Source: Coleofasciculus chthonoplastes F2-STO-03 (GTDB lineage: Bacteria; Cyanobacteriota; Cyanobacteriia; Cyanobacteriales; Coleofasciculaceae). From it: DNA of 30,433 nucleotides. The DNA is taken from assembly GCA_040222015.1 (NCBI GenBank), contig JAVJWO010000200.1, forward strand, positions 1-30,433, written 5' to 3'. Within the stretch, counting starts at the first letter, position 1; every line of letters starts with the position of its first letter. The position numbers and the translations under genes are program-made. Shown in pieces: positions 8,830 to 19,200 of this stretch. The notes below the pieces were generated by a model that did no database searches, had not been told where the DNA came from, and was given only the letters and a program-made list of their open reading frames with translations.

Positions 8830-11800
8830 TCATATTTCTTCCTCGTCGTGTTCGAGTGCTGTCTCGTCTAACTCTTTACCCACCCAACTGACTGTTTCAA
8901 TGTAGTCAGCAATGTGGCTAACGGTTGGCTCCTCAAAGAATTGACGGAGAGGGAGTTCAATTTCAAAGTCTTTCCGAATTCTGGAGATGAGGCGAGTGGC
9001 GAGAAGGGAATCCCCCCCGATTTCAAAGAAATTGTCGTCAATGCCTACCCCATTTAACCCGAGAATAGTTTCTACCATCTCAACTAACTGTTTTTCAACC
9101 GGAGTACGGGGTGGCGTCACGGCTTTTTCCAGGGGAAGATTCACCTGATCCGGCTGAGGTAGGGCTTTGTAGTTAACTTTACCATTGGGAGTCAGTGGCA
9201 ATGTGTCTAACGCCATGAACAGTTTGGGAACCATGTAGTCAGGTAACTTCTGCTGTAAATACTCTCGCAATTCGTCAGCATTAAAGGTTGATCGTTGTCC
9301 CGAATCAGACGAGAACCAGCGTTGAGTTTGAGCCGCCTCAATTTCCCCCCCCACAAAACTATATAGAAGACGCTGAGTTGATTCGAGTTTGAATACCTCT
9401 TGTAATTGGCTAAACTCGAGATAACCAATGGGACACAAACCCAGGGAGTAGGTGGGCGCGTTACTCATCAAAAGTTGACCGATATGACCCGCTTCCAAGA
9501 GGCAGAAATTCAGGGCAAGATCGCCATACATGGGCGAAATTGCACTTAACTGCCCAATTAAAAAGATGGCAAAAGTTGACTGTTCAAAAATTGACTGATT
9601 TCCCCCATAAATACTCCCATCAACTTCAGCCGCGTCTGAAATTAAGACTAAGCGATGGTCAGGGGGAGAGTAGTAGTAAACTCCGGCGTCTAGCCCGTTC
9701 ACGGCATTCGGTTTGATCAATAAATAGGTCTGTACTGGATAAAGACTTCCTGCGGAAGGATAGCGATATTTGGGCAGCGGATAACTCTCCAGTTGCATGG
9801 GGAACAGGCAACTTAAAAATTGGCTAAAGTCGTCTAACGAAATCGAACGGCGCTGAAATTGCCGATAACTTTGACGAGCAAGATAGGCTTGAGTTAGGGT
9901 TTCATCGAACTCCGGTTTCGGTAGCTCGATAGTTGTTGGCTCGGCTTGTTTGGGTCGTAGTCCGGGTTGTCTGAGCTTAAATTCAATCCGCTCTAGGGGA
10001 TCGACAATGACGCCGTCTAATTGATGGGGATCGTAGGCTTCAGTTTGAGCTGATTGCGCTTTAATGGTTGCGTTTTGATCGGGGACAACGTAAGCCACTA
10101 AGCGTTTCTTTTCTCGCGACTCTCCGACTGTTGTAACCACAGTTTCTTTAACCGCCGGATGCTGTCTTAACACCGATTCAATTTCACCCAGTTCCACACG
10201 GTATCCATTGATTTTGACTTGAAAATCTTCTCGACCGAGAAATTCAATCGTGCCGTCGGGCAAATACCGTCCCAAGTCACCGGTTTTGTATAATCGCTCT
10301 CCCGTTAACGGATGAGTAATAAAGCTGGCTTCGGTCTTCTGTTGATTTTTCCAGTATCCTTGAGCGAGTCCGATGCCACCAATATAAAGGTACCCCGGTA
10401 TCCACAGTGGACAAGGCTGCATCAACTCATTGAATACATAAAACTGTTGGTTTTGCAAGGGTTTCCCATAGGGAATACTCCGTTGTGTGGGTTGAACCTC
10501 TTCAATGGGATAATAAATTGACCAAATTGAGGCTTCTGTTGCTCCGCCCAGGCTGATCACCTGTAGGTTTGACCCAAGCGCTTGGACTTGTGGGGGTAAA
10601 CTCAGAGGAATCCAATCCCCACTTAATAGAACTAATCGTAAGGGTAAGATGCCTGGGTCGGGATGATCGGAGCGATAATCCACCAACATTTGCATTAAAG
10701 CCGGAACAGTATTCCACAACGTCACTTGGTTAGTGGTAATCAACGCTAACCAGTGCGAGGGATCGGTGCGTTTTTCCGGTGAGGGTATAACAATCGTACC
10801 TCCAGCGGCAAGCAAACCGAAAATGTCATACACCGACAGGTCAAAGTTTAATGCCGATAGCGCCAAGACGCGATCGCGGGCGGTGACGCCAAAGCGCTGG
10901 TTGATATCTAAAATCGTATTCACGGCTCCTTGATGGTCGATCATTACCCCCTTGGGTACACCGGTAGACCCCGAGGTATAAATCACATAGGCTAAATCCG
11001 TCACCGACTGTACCGATGGGAGTTCCTGAACCTCTAGTTGGGCACATTCCTCTGTGTCAACGACCAAGTATTGAACACTTTTTGGCAGGGGTAATTGTTC
11101 CTTCAACCTGGATTGAGAGACAACCAGCTTCACCTCTCCTTGCTCTAGCAAGTAGGTTTGTCGCTCTTGAGGTAAGTTGACGTCAATGGGTAAATACGGC
11201 GCACCAGACATCAAGATGCCCAAAACCGCAACAATTTGTTCCCAGCCTTTCTCCATCACCACCGCCACCAATGTATTGGGTGCAGCGCCTAATTGCCGGA
11301 GCCGATGACCGAGTTGGTTAGCTCTGAGGTAGACATCCTGATAGGTCAACCGACGCTCTGGCGTGATCATCGCGATCGCCTGGGGGTTGCGGTTCACTTG
11401 TTCCAGAAATAGACCATGTAATGTCTGTTCTGACACAGGTGCAGCCGTATCATTTACGGCTCTTCGTTGTTCCCGTTGGGCAGGGGGTAAGAGTTGAGGG
11501 TAAGGGTCATCCCACGCCTGCTCAGAGGTGGCTAAGGTTTTCAGCCATTGATAATAGGACTCAAACATATCGTCCAGAACACCAACGGGAAACAATTCTT
11601 CAATCGCATCCCAGTTGAATACTAACCCCCCATCTTGTTCATAAACTTGTTGATCAAGCCAGACTTGGGGCGTTTGAGTGATGCCATACACCAGTTCTCC
11701 CAACTGGTTGAGACTAAATTCTTCTTCAGTCAGGGAGTTGAGTCCCAAGGTACTGGTAAACACCACCCCCATCGGTTGGTAATGTCCGCGCTGACGGCGC

Positions 11801-14800
11801 AGTTCTCGTTGCACATCAACGCCACTGAAATAGTGGTGATCTAAGTCTTGCCACAATTGCTGCTGTAAGCGTTGAGCGCGGTTGGTAAAGGGAGCCGCGA
11901 CGGAGTTATTGACCTCAAGCAGGTTCAGGGAGGTGAAATCTCCAACCAAGTCATTCACTTGAGGATGTAACGGTAAGCGATTAAATAGCGTGAGATTAAT
12001 CGTGAATTTCGGACTCTTACTCCACAGGGTTAAGATATCAGCAAAGGCAGTTAACAAGACAATCGAAAGGGTTAGATTTCCCTGAACCGCTTTCTGTTTC
12101 AACTGCTGCCACTCTTCCGGTAAGAGTTGAGCGCTGCGCCGTTGGAATTGAGGCTCTGAGGTGGACGCCAGATTTCGGGTTAAGGGTAGCTCAGGGGCGG
12201 GGGGTAGGGTATGGAGACGATTTAACCAGTAATGCTTAGATCGCTGATATTCCGGTGTCTCTTTAAACGCTAATGCGGCTAACACGTAGTCTCGAAATGA
12301 CAGATCCAATTTGGGGAGTAACTGATCGGGATGGTGGTAGAGGTGTAGCCACTGTTGCCCAATCAGGATTAGGCTCCAAGCATCCGCAATAATAGCATCG
12401 ATACTCAGGTGCAAACGGATACGTTTTTCGTCTAAAACAGACGCACGGATCTCAAACAGGGGCCACTGGTTCGTGGATAAAACCTGATGGGACATCTGCT
12501 CACGAATCGTTTCTAACTGAGTGGCAATCCTTTGAGGTGATTCGTGGCGCAGATCTAAAATTTCAAACAGATAGGGAGGTACCTGTTCCAGAATTTGCTG
12601 TTGACCATTGGGTAGCACCACTGCCCGCAATAGATCATGATGGTCAACTAATTGCTGCCAAGCTCGATTCAGGCGTTCTAAGTTTAAATCAACGGTGTCT
12701 ATCTCAAAGTACGCATGACTCGATATATTGCCCAAATCAAAGCTAGCATCGCGACCGAGCCAGTAGGCTTGCTGAATATCCGTTAGGGGGAAGGGTTGAT
12801 GGCGTTGATCCGGGGCGGGGACTAGAGAGGGGAGAGAGCGAGCCGAGTCTTGCCCCAGGGGTTCAACTTGACGGAATTGACTCAAGGCTTGCTCAAGTTC
12901 AGCGACTGTGGGAGATTCAAACAGCGATCGCATGGGTAGGTCGAGTTCAAAGGCTTGCCGCAGCCGGGATATGATCTGGGTGGCAAGTAGGGAATGTCCC
13001 CCTAGCTCAAAAAAGTTGTCGTAGATGCCCACGGGGACTCCCAAGACATCGGTAAAGATGGTGGCAATTAACTCTTGAGTCAGGGTTTGGGGGGGAACCA
13101 ACGCTCCAGAGCGCCCCCCATCGGCGTCAGGTTCCGGCAGGGCGTGGCGATCTACTTTGCCATTCTGGTTCAATGGCATTGCCTCAAGCACCACGAAGGC
13201 GCTGGGTATCATATACTCAGGCAATCGCTGTTTCAGGACATTACGCAGTTCCCCGGTGGTGGGTGGCTCACCTTGAGGGACAAGATAGGCGATTAAGCGC
13301 TGATTTCCCGATGGATCGGCTTGGGCGAGTACGATGGCTTGGCGCACTTTGTGGTGTAAGGCGAGTACCGCTTCAATTTCGCCGAGTTCGATGCGGAAGC
13401 CGCGAACTTTCACTTGGTTGTCAATGCGACCCAGATATTCAATATCTCCAGAGGGGAGATAGCGAGCCAAGTCCCCTGTTTTGTATAGCCTTGCTTCTGG
13501 ATCAGTGCTGAAGGGATGGGGAATGAACCGTTGTTCCGTGAGTTCGGGACGATTGAGATAGCCTCGGGCTAACCCTGCTCCGCCCACATACATTTCCCCA
13601 GGGACGCCGATGGGTACAGGCTGTCCTTGGGGATCGAGAATATATAATTGTAGGTCAGGAATGGCACGACCAATCACACTGGCTGCCTCATCCAAATCGG
13701 CGATCTTGAGTGGGCGGTAGGTGACATGAACGGTGGTTTCGGTAATCCCATACATATTGATCAGAGTCGGAGTGCGATCGCCGTGCCGTTCCCACCAAGG
13801 TTTCAAGCTTTGGAGTTCCAGGGCTTCCCCACCAAAAATCACCCAGCGTAAGTTCAAGGGATGGGCATTACCCAATATTTCATCTGCCTGGATCAGTTGA
13901 CGAAATGCTCCTGGGGTTTGATTGAGAACTGTCACCTGTTCTTGACTGAGCAACTGATAAAACTCTTCGGGTGAGCGACTGATATCGTAGGGCACCACCA
14001 CCAGACGCCCGCCGTAGAGTAAGGCGCCCCAGAGTTCCCAAACGGAGAAGTCAAAGGCATAGGAGTGGAATAGGGTCCAGACATCCTCAGGGTTAAACTC
14101 AAACCAATCCTGTGTCGCCTGGAAAAGACGCACGACGTTACTGTGGGGGATTAAAACGCCCTTGGGTTCCCCGGTTGAGCCAGATGTATAGATGATATAC
14201 ATCAAATGATCGGGCTGGACGCCACTGACGGGATTCTCGGTACTCTGTGGGGCAATGAGTTGCCAATCGCGATCCAATGTGACGGTGACGAGGGCAGAGG
14301 TAGGCGGTGGTAGGATGGTTTTCAGCTTATCCTGAGTCACTAGCACCGAGATGTGGGCATCTGCCAGCATATAAGCCAACCGCTCAGTCGGATAAGCTGG
14401 ATCAAGTGGCACGTAAGCTCCCCCAGCTTTGAGGATTGCCAAAACTCCCACAATCATCTCCAGTGAGCGTTCGACACAAAGACCAACTAATACCTCGGGT
14501 TCTACCCCCAAGGATTGGAGATAGTGGGCTAACTGATTCGCTCGCTCATTTAATTGTTGATAGGTCAACTGTTGGTCGGCAAACACCACGGCTATGGCAT
14601 CAGGCGTCCGTTGGACCTGGGCTTCAAACCACTGATGCAGGCATTGGGATACAGGATAGGGAGTGGTTGGGTTCCACTCCACTAACAACTGGTATCGTTG
14701 TTGCTCAGTCAGTAGGGGTAACTCACCCACCGATTGGTTTGGGTTGGTGACAATGGCGTTTAATAAGGTTTGCCAATGATCGACCATCCCGGCAATGGTG

Positions 14801-16227
14801 TCTTCGTGGAAGAGATCGGTATTATATTTGAGGTCGCCCACTAAAAATGAGTCAGTTTCCGCAATCTCTAGGGTGAGATCAAACTGACCTTCCTGTTGTG
14901 GCATCTCAAAGGGTTCTAGCACCAATCCCCCCCACTCGACAGTCGTGCCCACCTGACTGGAATACAACTTCAGCACATCTGGAGTTTGTTGGAGTTTCTG
15001 CCACACAAAGCAAGCTTGGAATAGGGGTGAGCGACTCAGATCACGCTCAGGCTGGAGCCGCTCTACGATCAGGGCAAAAGGATAATCTTGATGAGCGATC
15101 GCGGCTACGACTTTCTGGCGAACGTGAGCCAGAAACGCCCTAAAGCTGGGATTTCCGGAGAGATTTGCCCGTAAGACCACTGGATTCACCAGGTAACCCA
15201 CGATTTGCGTAAATTCCGGGCGGTGGCGGCTTGCTGTTGGCGAGCCGACTAGAATATCTGCTTGCCCTGTATAGCGATGCAGTAGGACTTTCCATGCGGC
15301 TAAGAGGAGGGTGTATAATGTTGTCCCCTCAGATTGAGCCAGTTCCTTCAGTTGCTGGGTCAGGCTTTCACTCAAATGCAGGGGATAGGATGCCCCCTTG
15401 TAGGACTGTACTGATGGTCGAGGGTTATCAGTGGGCAAGTTTAACACGGGCAGTTCTCCCGCTAATTCCTGCTGCCAGTAGTTCCACAGACGCTCTCCCT
15501 CTGGACTCTCAATTAGATTCCGTTGCCAATGTACATAGTCTGGGTGGGAATGTTCGGGCGGGGGAAGATTAACCACTTGACCCGTTTTGAAGGCTGGATA
15601 AAGCACTTTCAACTCATCCAGCAACAGTCCAATTGACCATCCTTCCCCGGTAATATGATGAATGACTAACAACAGGATATGCTCCTGAGCCGAGCGGGTA
15701 AACAGTCTCACCCGCATCACGGGTCCATGTTCAAGATTGAAGGGGGTTTGATAGGCGGCAATGACCTGTTTTTTTAGGTCTTCCGGATGCCAGGTTGTCC
15801 CATCAATTTGCTGGAAATCTACTATTTGTTCTGGATGAACCTGCTGAATAGGTTCTGTGCCTAGCTTGGGAAACGTGCTACGCAAAATGGGGTGACGCTC
15901 GGTCAACGATTGAAAAACCTTTTGCAACGCGGCAACGTCTACCTCGGAACGAATACAACAGTTAAACGCGACATTGTACGCCGGACTCGCTGGTGTCAAT
16001 TGCCACAAAAACCAGAGCGCCCGCTGACCATAAGATAGGCGATAAACCTCTAATAGATGCGGCTGTTCTTGCAGCAACTTGAGAATGTCTAGTTTATCGG
16101 CTTTAAGTTGAGCCAATACTGAGGCGGTCGCTTCATTGTTCGGCGCACGATAGCGCAGCCGTCCCTGCTCACTCCATAATTTCCAGCCTTTAATAGAAAG
16201 CTCTTGTAAAAAATTCGATAAATTCAT
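8830..16227 (-). CDS. Bimodular NRPS: TubC_N-like dock-C-A(Thr)-PCP-Cy-A(Cys, embedded FMN oxidase)-PCP; thiazole-forming
   Basis: A1 code DFWNIGMVHK (Thr); PCP GGHSLL; Cy motifs PFPLTDIQQAYW, DAIIADAWS, VVFTS, TPQVWLD; A2 code DLYNLSLIWK (Cys); nitroreductase-like Ox motifs RQSYRQF and YPSAGSLYPVQTY between A8 and A9; PCP GGDSLL; acidic C-terminus LEHDEEEI. Confidence 0.96.
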   Translation of the reverse strand: MNLSNFLQELSIKGWKLWSEQGRLRYRAPNNEATASVLAQLKADKLDILKLLQEQPHLLEVYRLSYGQRALWFLWQLTPASPAYNVAFNCCIRSEVDVAALQKVFQSLTERHPILRSTFPKLGTEPIQQVHPEQIVDFQQIDGTTWHPEDLKKQVIAAYQTPFNLEHGPVMRVRLFTRSAQEHILLLVIHHITGEGWSIGLLLDELKVLYPAFKTGQVVNLPPPEHSHPDYVHWQRNLIESPEGERLWNYWQQELAGELPVLNLPTDNPRPSVQSYKGASYPLHLSESLTQQLKELAQSEGTTLYTLLLAAWKVLLHRYTGQADILVGSPTASRHRPEFTQIVGYLVNPVVLRANLSGNPSFRAFLAHVRQKVVAAIAHQDYPFALIVERLQPERDLSRSPLFQACFVWQKLQQTPDVLKLYSSQVGTTVEWGGLVLEPFEMPQQEGQFDLTLEIAETDSFLVGDLKYNTDLFHEDTIAGMVDHWQTLLNAIVTNPNQSVGELPLLTEQQRYQLLVEWNPTTPYPVSQCLHQWFEAQVQRTPDAIAVVFADQQLTYQQLNERANQLAHYLQSLGVEPEVLVGLCVERSLEMIVGVLAILKAGGAYVPLDPAYPTERLAYMLADAHISVLVTQDKLKTILPPPTSALVTVTLDRDWQLIAPQSTENPVSGVQPDHLMYIIYTSGSTGEPKGVLIPHSNVVRLFQATQDWFEFNPEDVWTLFHSYAFDFSVWELWGALLYGGRLVVVPYDISRSPEEFYQLLSQEQVTVLNQTPGAFRQLIQADEILGNAHPLNLRWVIFGGEALELQSLKPWWERHGDRTPTLINMYGITETTVHVTYRPLKIADLDEAASVIGRAIPDLQLYILDPQGQPVPIGVPGEMYVGGAGLARGYLNRPELTEQRFIPHPFSTDPEARLYKTGDLARYLPSGDIEYLGRIDNQVKVRGFRIELGEIEAVLALHHKVRQAIVLAQADPSGNQRLIAYLVPQGEPPTTGELRNVLKQRLPEYMIPSAFVVLEAMPLNQNGKVDRHALPEPDADGGRSGALVPPQTLTQELIATIFTDVLGVPVGIYDNFFELGGHSLLATQIISRLRQAFELDLPMRSLFESPTVAELEQALSQFRQVEPLGQDSARSLPSLVPAPDQRHQPFPLTDIQQAYWLGRDASFDLGNISSHAYFEIDTVDLNLERLNRAWQQLVDHHDLLRAVVLPNGQQQILEQVPPYLFEILDLRHESPQRIATQLETIREQMSHQVLSTNQWPLFEIRASVLDEKRIRLHLSIDAIIADAWSLILIGQQWLHLYHHPDQLLPKLDLSFRDYVLAALAFKETPEYQRSKHYWLNRLHTLPPAPELPLTRNLASTSEPQFQRRSAQLLPEEWQQLKQKAVQGNLTLSIVLLTAFADILTLWSKSPKFTINLTLFNRLPLHPQVNDLVGDFTSLNLLEVNNSVAAPFTNRAQRLQQQLWQDLDHHYFSGVDVQRELRRQRGHYQPMGVVFTSTLGLNSLTEEEFSLNQLGELVYGITQTPQVWLDQQVYEQDGGLVFNWDAIEELFPVGVLDDMFESYYQWLKTLATSEQAWDDPYPQLLPPAQREQRRAVNDTAAPVSEQTLHGLFLEQVNRNPQAIAMITPERRLTYQDVYLRANQLGHRLRQLGAAPNTLVAVVMEKGWEQIVAVLGILMSGAPYLPIDVNLPQERQTYLLEQGEVKLVVSQSRLKEQLPLPKSVQYLVVDTEECAQLEVQELPSVQSVTDLAYVIYTSGSTGVPKGVMIDHQGAVNTILDINQRFGVTARDRVLALSALNFDLSVYDIFGLLAAGGTIVIPSPEKRTDPSHWLALITTNQVTLWNTVPALMQMLVDYRSDHPDPGILPLRLVLLSGDWIPLSLPPQVQALGSNLQVISLGGATEASIWSIYYPIEEVQPTQRSIPYGKPLQNQQFYVFNELMQPCPLWIPGYLYIGGIGLAQGYWKNQQKTEASFITHPLTGERLYKTGDLGRYLPDGTIEFLGREDFQVKINGYRVELGEIESVLRQHPAVKETVVTTVGESREKKRLVAYVVPDQNATIKAQSAQTEAYDPHQLDGVIVDPLERIEFKLRQPGLRPKQAEPTTIELPKPEFDETLTQAYLARQSYRQFQRRSISLDDFSQFLSCLFPMQLESYPLPKYRYPSAGSLYPVQTYLLIKPNAVNGLDAGVYYYSPPDHRLVLISDAAEVDGSIYGGNQSIFEQSTFAIFLIGQLSAISPMYGDLALNFCLLEAGHIGQLLMSNAPTYSLGLCPIGYLEFSQLQEVFKLESTQRLLYSFVGGEIEAAQTQRWFSSDSGQRSTFNADELREYLQQKLPDYMVPKLFMALDTLPLTPNGKVNYKALPQPDQVNLPLEKAVTPPRTPVEKQLVEMVETILGLNGVGIDDNFFEIGGDSLLATRLISRIRKDFEIELPLRQFFEEPTVSHIADYIETVSWVGKELDETALEHDEEEI

Positions 16228-19200
16228 AGTTCCCCCTCAATCCAATCACTCTTTTGTTCACGGGTTTGGTTGACTTGGTTGTCTTGGCGAATCTCAATTT
16301 TTTCCTCTTTTTCTACCCAAATTAACTGCTTGTTGATCTCAGCAGCTAAAGCGGCAATCGTTGTTCCCCCAATAAATTGCACGATAGGAATGTCTATGCC
16401 TAATTCCTGGTGAATGGAATTTTTGAATTCCATTGCTGTCAGCGAATCCATCCCTATCTCAGTTAAGTTTTGTTCAGGACTGGGGAGTTGAGACTGTTTA
16501 ATTTTCAACACGAGAGCTACATTTTTCTGTAGGTAGGTGATCAAAAACTCGTCGCGATCGCTGGGCGAAGTTTCCTTTAACTGCTGTAACACCTGCCCCA
16601 GTTTGCCCAAGGGTTGTGCTAGGGGCTGGGGCGATTGCACCTCAATTTCTTTGAGCAGGGTTCGCCGCTCCCGTGCTTCATAAAGTTGTTTAAAAATAGC
16701 CCAATCAATATCGACAATGATTGGTTGAGCCACGCCTCGAACCAGGGAAGACTCTAGGGTTTTTAGGAATAGCTGAGGCTCGTAGTATTTCAAGCCAATT
16801 TGAGTCACGATCTCCCGCAGGGCTGTAACTCCCTGATGGCGATAATGCATCCCGCCACCGGCTAAGGCTCCTACATTAACGGTCAAAGCAGGTAAGTGCA
16901 GATGATGACGATAATGGGCAATGAGATCAAGAAACTGGTTAGCGGCTGCATAATACGCCAATCCTTCAGCCCCCCACAGTGATGTAATCGAGGAAATACA
17001 AACAAAACAGTCTAACTTGAGTCCTAAAGTCATTTGATGTAACGTCCAGGTTCCGATGACTTTGGCAGCCAGGATGGACTGGATCAAGTCAGGTGTCATA
17101 TCGGAAAAGCGGTGAAATCCCGCTACCCCGGCTGCATGAAAAATGCCCCGCAGTGGTGGAGAATAGGCATTAATTTTCTCCAGCACTTGGACAACATCGG
17201 CTCGATTACAGACATCAGCCTTGACAACTAAGACGTCAACCCCCAACGCTTCGAGTTGACGGATCGCTTGTTGAGCCGTACTGGAAGCCTCACTGCGTCC
17301 CATAAGCACGATATGTCGCGCTCCGTTTTCAACTAGCCAACGGGCGGTGTTTAACCCCAGATGACCTAACCCCCCCGTAATCAGATAGGTACCATCGGAC
17401 TGTAAACGTAGCGGTTGTTTAGGGATTGGCTGTTTGGGACTAGGGACAAGGCGAGGCACATACCGTTGTTCACACCGGAGGGCAATTTGGCTTTCTTGAT
17501 CCGGATACCAAAGTTGCTCGAACAATGCATTTGCTGCATTGGCTGGGGAAATGTCGTGATCGAGATCGATCAATCCTCCCCACATCTGGGGGATTTCCAT
17601 TGCCAGGGAACGTCCCACACCCCACAGGGGTGCTTGAGCGATGGCGGGCGGAACGGTTTCTGAACCGATTCGTTGCGCTCCCTGGGTGACTAACCAAATT
17701 TGAGGCAATTGAGGGGAGTTTGTCCGCTGTAACGCTTGAACTAAGTGTAGGGTACTGGTTAATGACCGGGTTCCATCCTTGTCTAAGGATGAGAGGGTTG
17801 TGGCTTCTGGGGGTGTTGTCTCTACACTCCAAAGATGCACGACACCTCGACAGGGGGGGAGCGTTTCCATTTGTTCGATGAGTGCTTGCATCGCTTCTGG
17901 TTCGGTGGGATTGAGGAGAATTTGACCCTCTTGAGCCACGGCACTTTCTTCAGCCGCATAAACCAGCCGACAGGTGTCTCCCTGCGCCTCTAACCGTTGG
18001 GCTAGAGCTTGACCGATGCCTGTGCGATCGGCAAAAATGAGCCAGATCCCTGGTTCTCGTATCGGTGACGATGATGATTTGAGCAGGGGTTGGGGTTGCC
18101 ATTGCAATTCATAAAACCAGTCGGCAGACTGATCTTGATCCTGGGTTTGATAATTCTGGTGTTCAACAGGCTGGAGTTGTAAACCCGAAATGTTGACTAA
18201 TAGTTTTCCGGTTTGATCGAATAGGCGAACATCCCCTTCAATAAGGGTGTCGGTAACAGTTGACAAACAGGCATAACTCCACACCTCATGGCTAATTGTC
18301 TCGTAAACTTGAACAGTCTTGAGTCCCATGGGTAAATAAAGGACAGAATGATTACTTAAAAGCCCTTCTTGGAGTAACGTTGCCAAGAGAACGTGATGAC
18401 AGGTTTCCCAGAGAGCGACATTCATTTGGATCGAATCCTGGGCGTTAATTTCTGTCCCATCCAGCTTTACTTGGGCGAGTGCCTCGGCTTTGCCTAACCA
18501 CAACTGTTCTATGCCCTGAAAAGCTTTGCCTAACTGCAGTCCATGCTGATGCAAGCGTTGATAGTAGTCTTGGACATTTTGGCGATCGCTACATCGCATC
18601 CGTATATCTGACAAGGTGTCGTGATTAGGCGATCGCGGTTGATTCTGTCGGGCAGATGTTACGGAGTTGGATTGTAGACTCTGAACAGGATGGGTTGGGA
18701 CAAAGGAGCGTTTTGGTGCAGATATCTCAGCGCTATAGCGTTCTCGAAGCTGATTGAGACTGGGTAGATGGTTTAAGATGAGAGTTTTACTCGGACCAAA
18801 GTCGAGTAGACAGGCGACTTCATCGACTCCGATATTGTCCAGCTTCTCAAGTAACTCGATACAGGTGTTGGGGGTTCCGATTAACCCTCTAGAGGTGGCA
18901 TATTTTTCAAACAAAAAGTTGACAAATGCATCTAAGTCTGATTCAGATAACGTCGATGGATCGATCGTAGATCCCCGACTTTGGGCTAACCCTTTGAGTA
19001 GACTAAAATTAGATTTGAGATAGTGGCAGTAAGGGACACGAACTTGATCTCGAACCGCCTCAAAGTCCTGCCCCACAAAAGTATGTAACATAATTGACAC
19101 GACCCCCGTTTCAGGATTGTGTCCATGTTGAGCTCTTGCCTGACGATAAAGAGTAATTTTTTCAGCTAAGGTTTCTATATCTTGATCAAGTAGATGAGTT

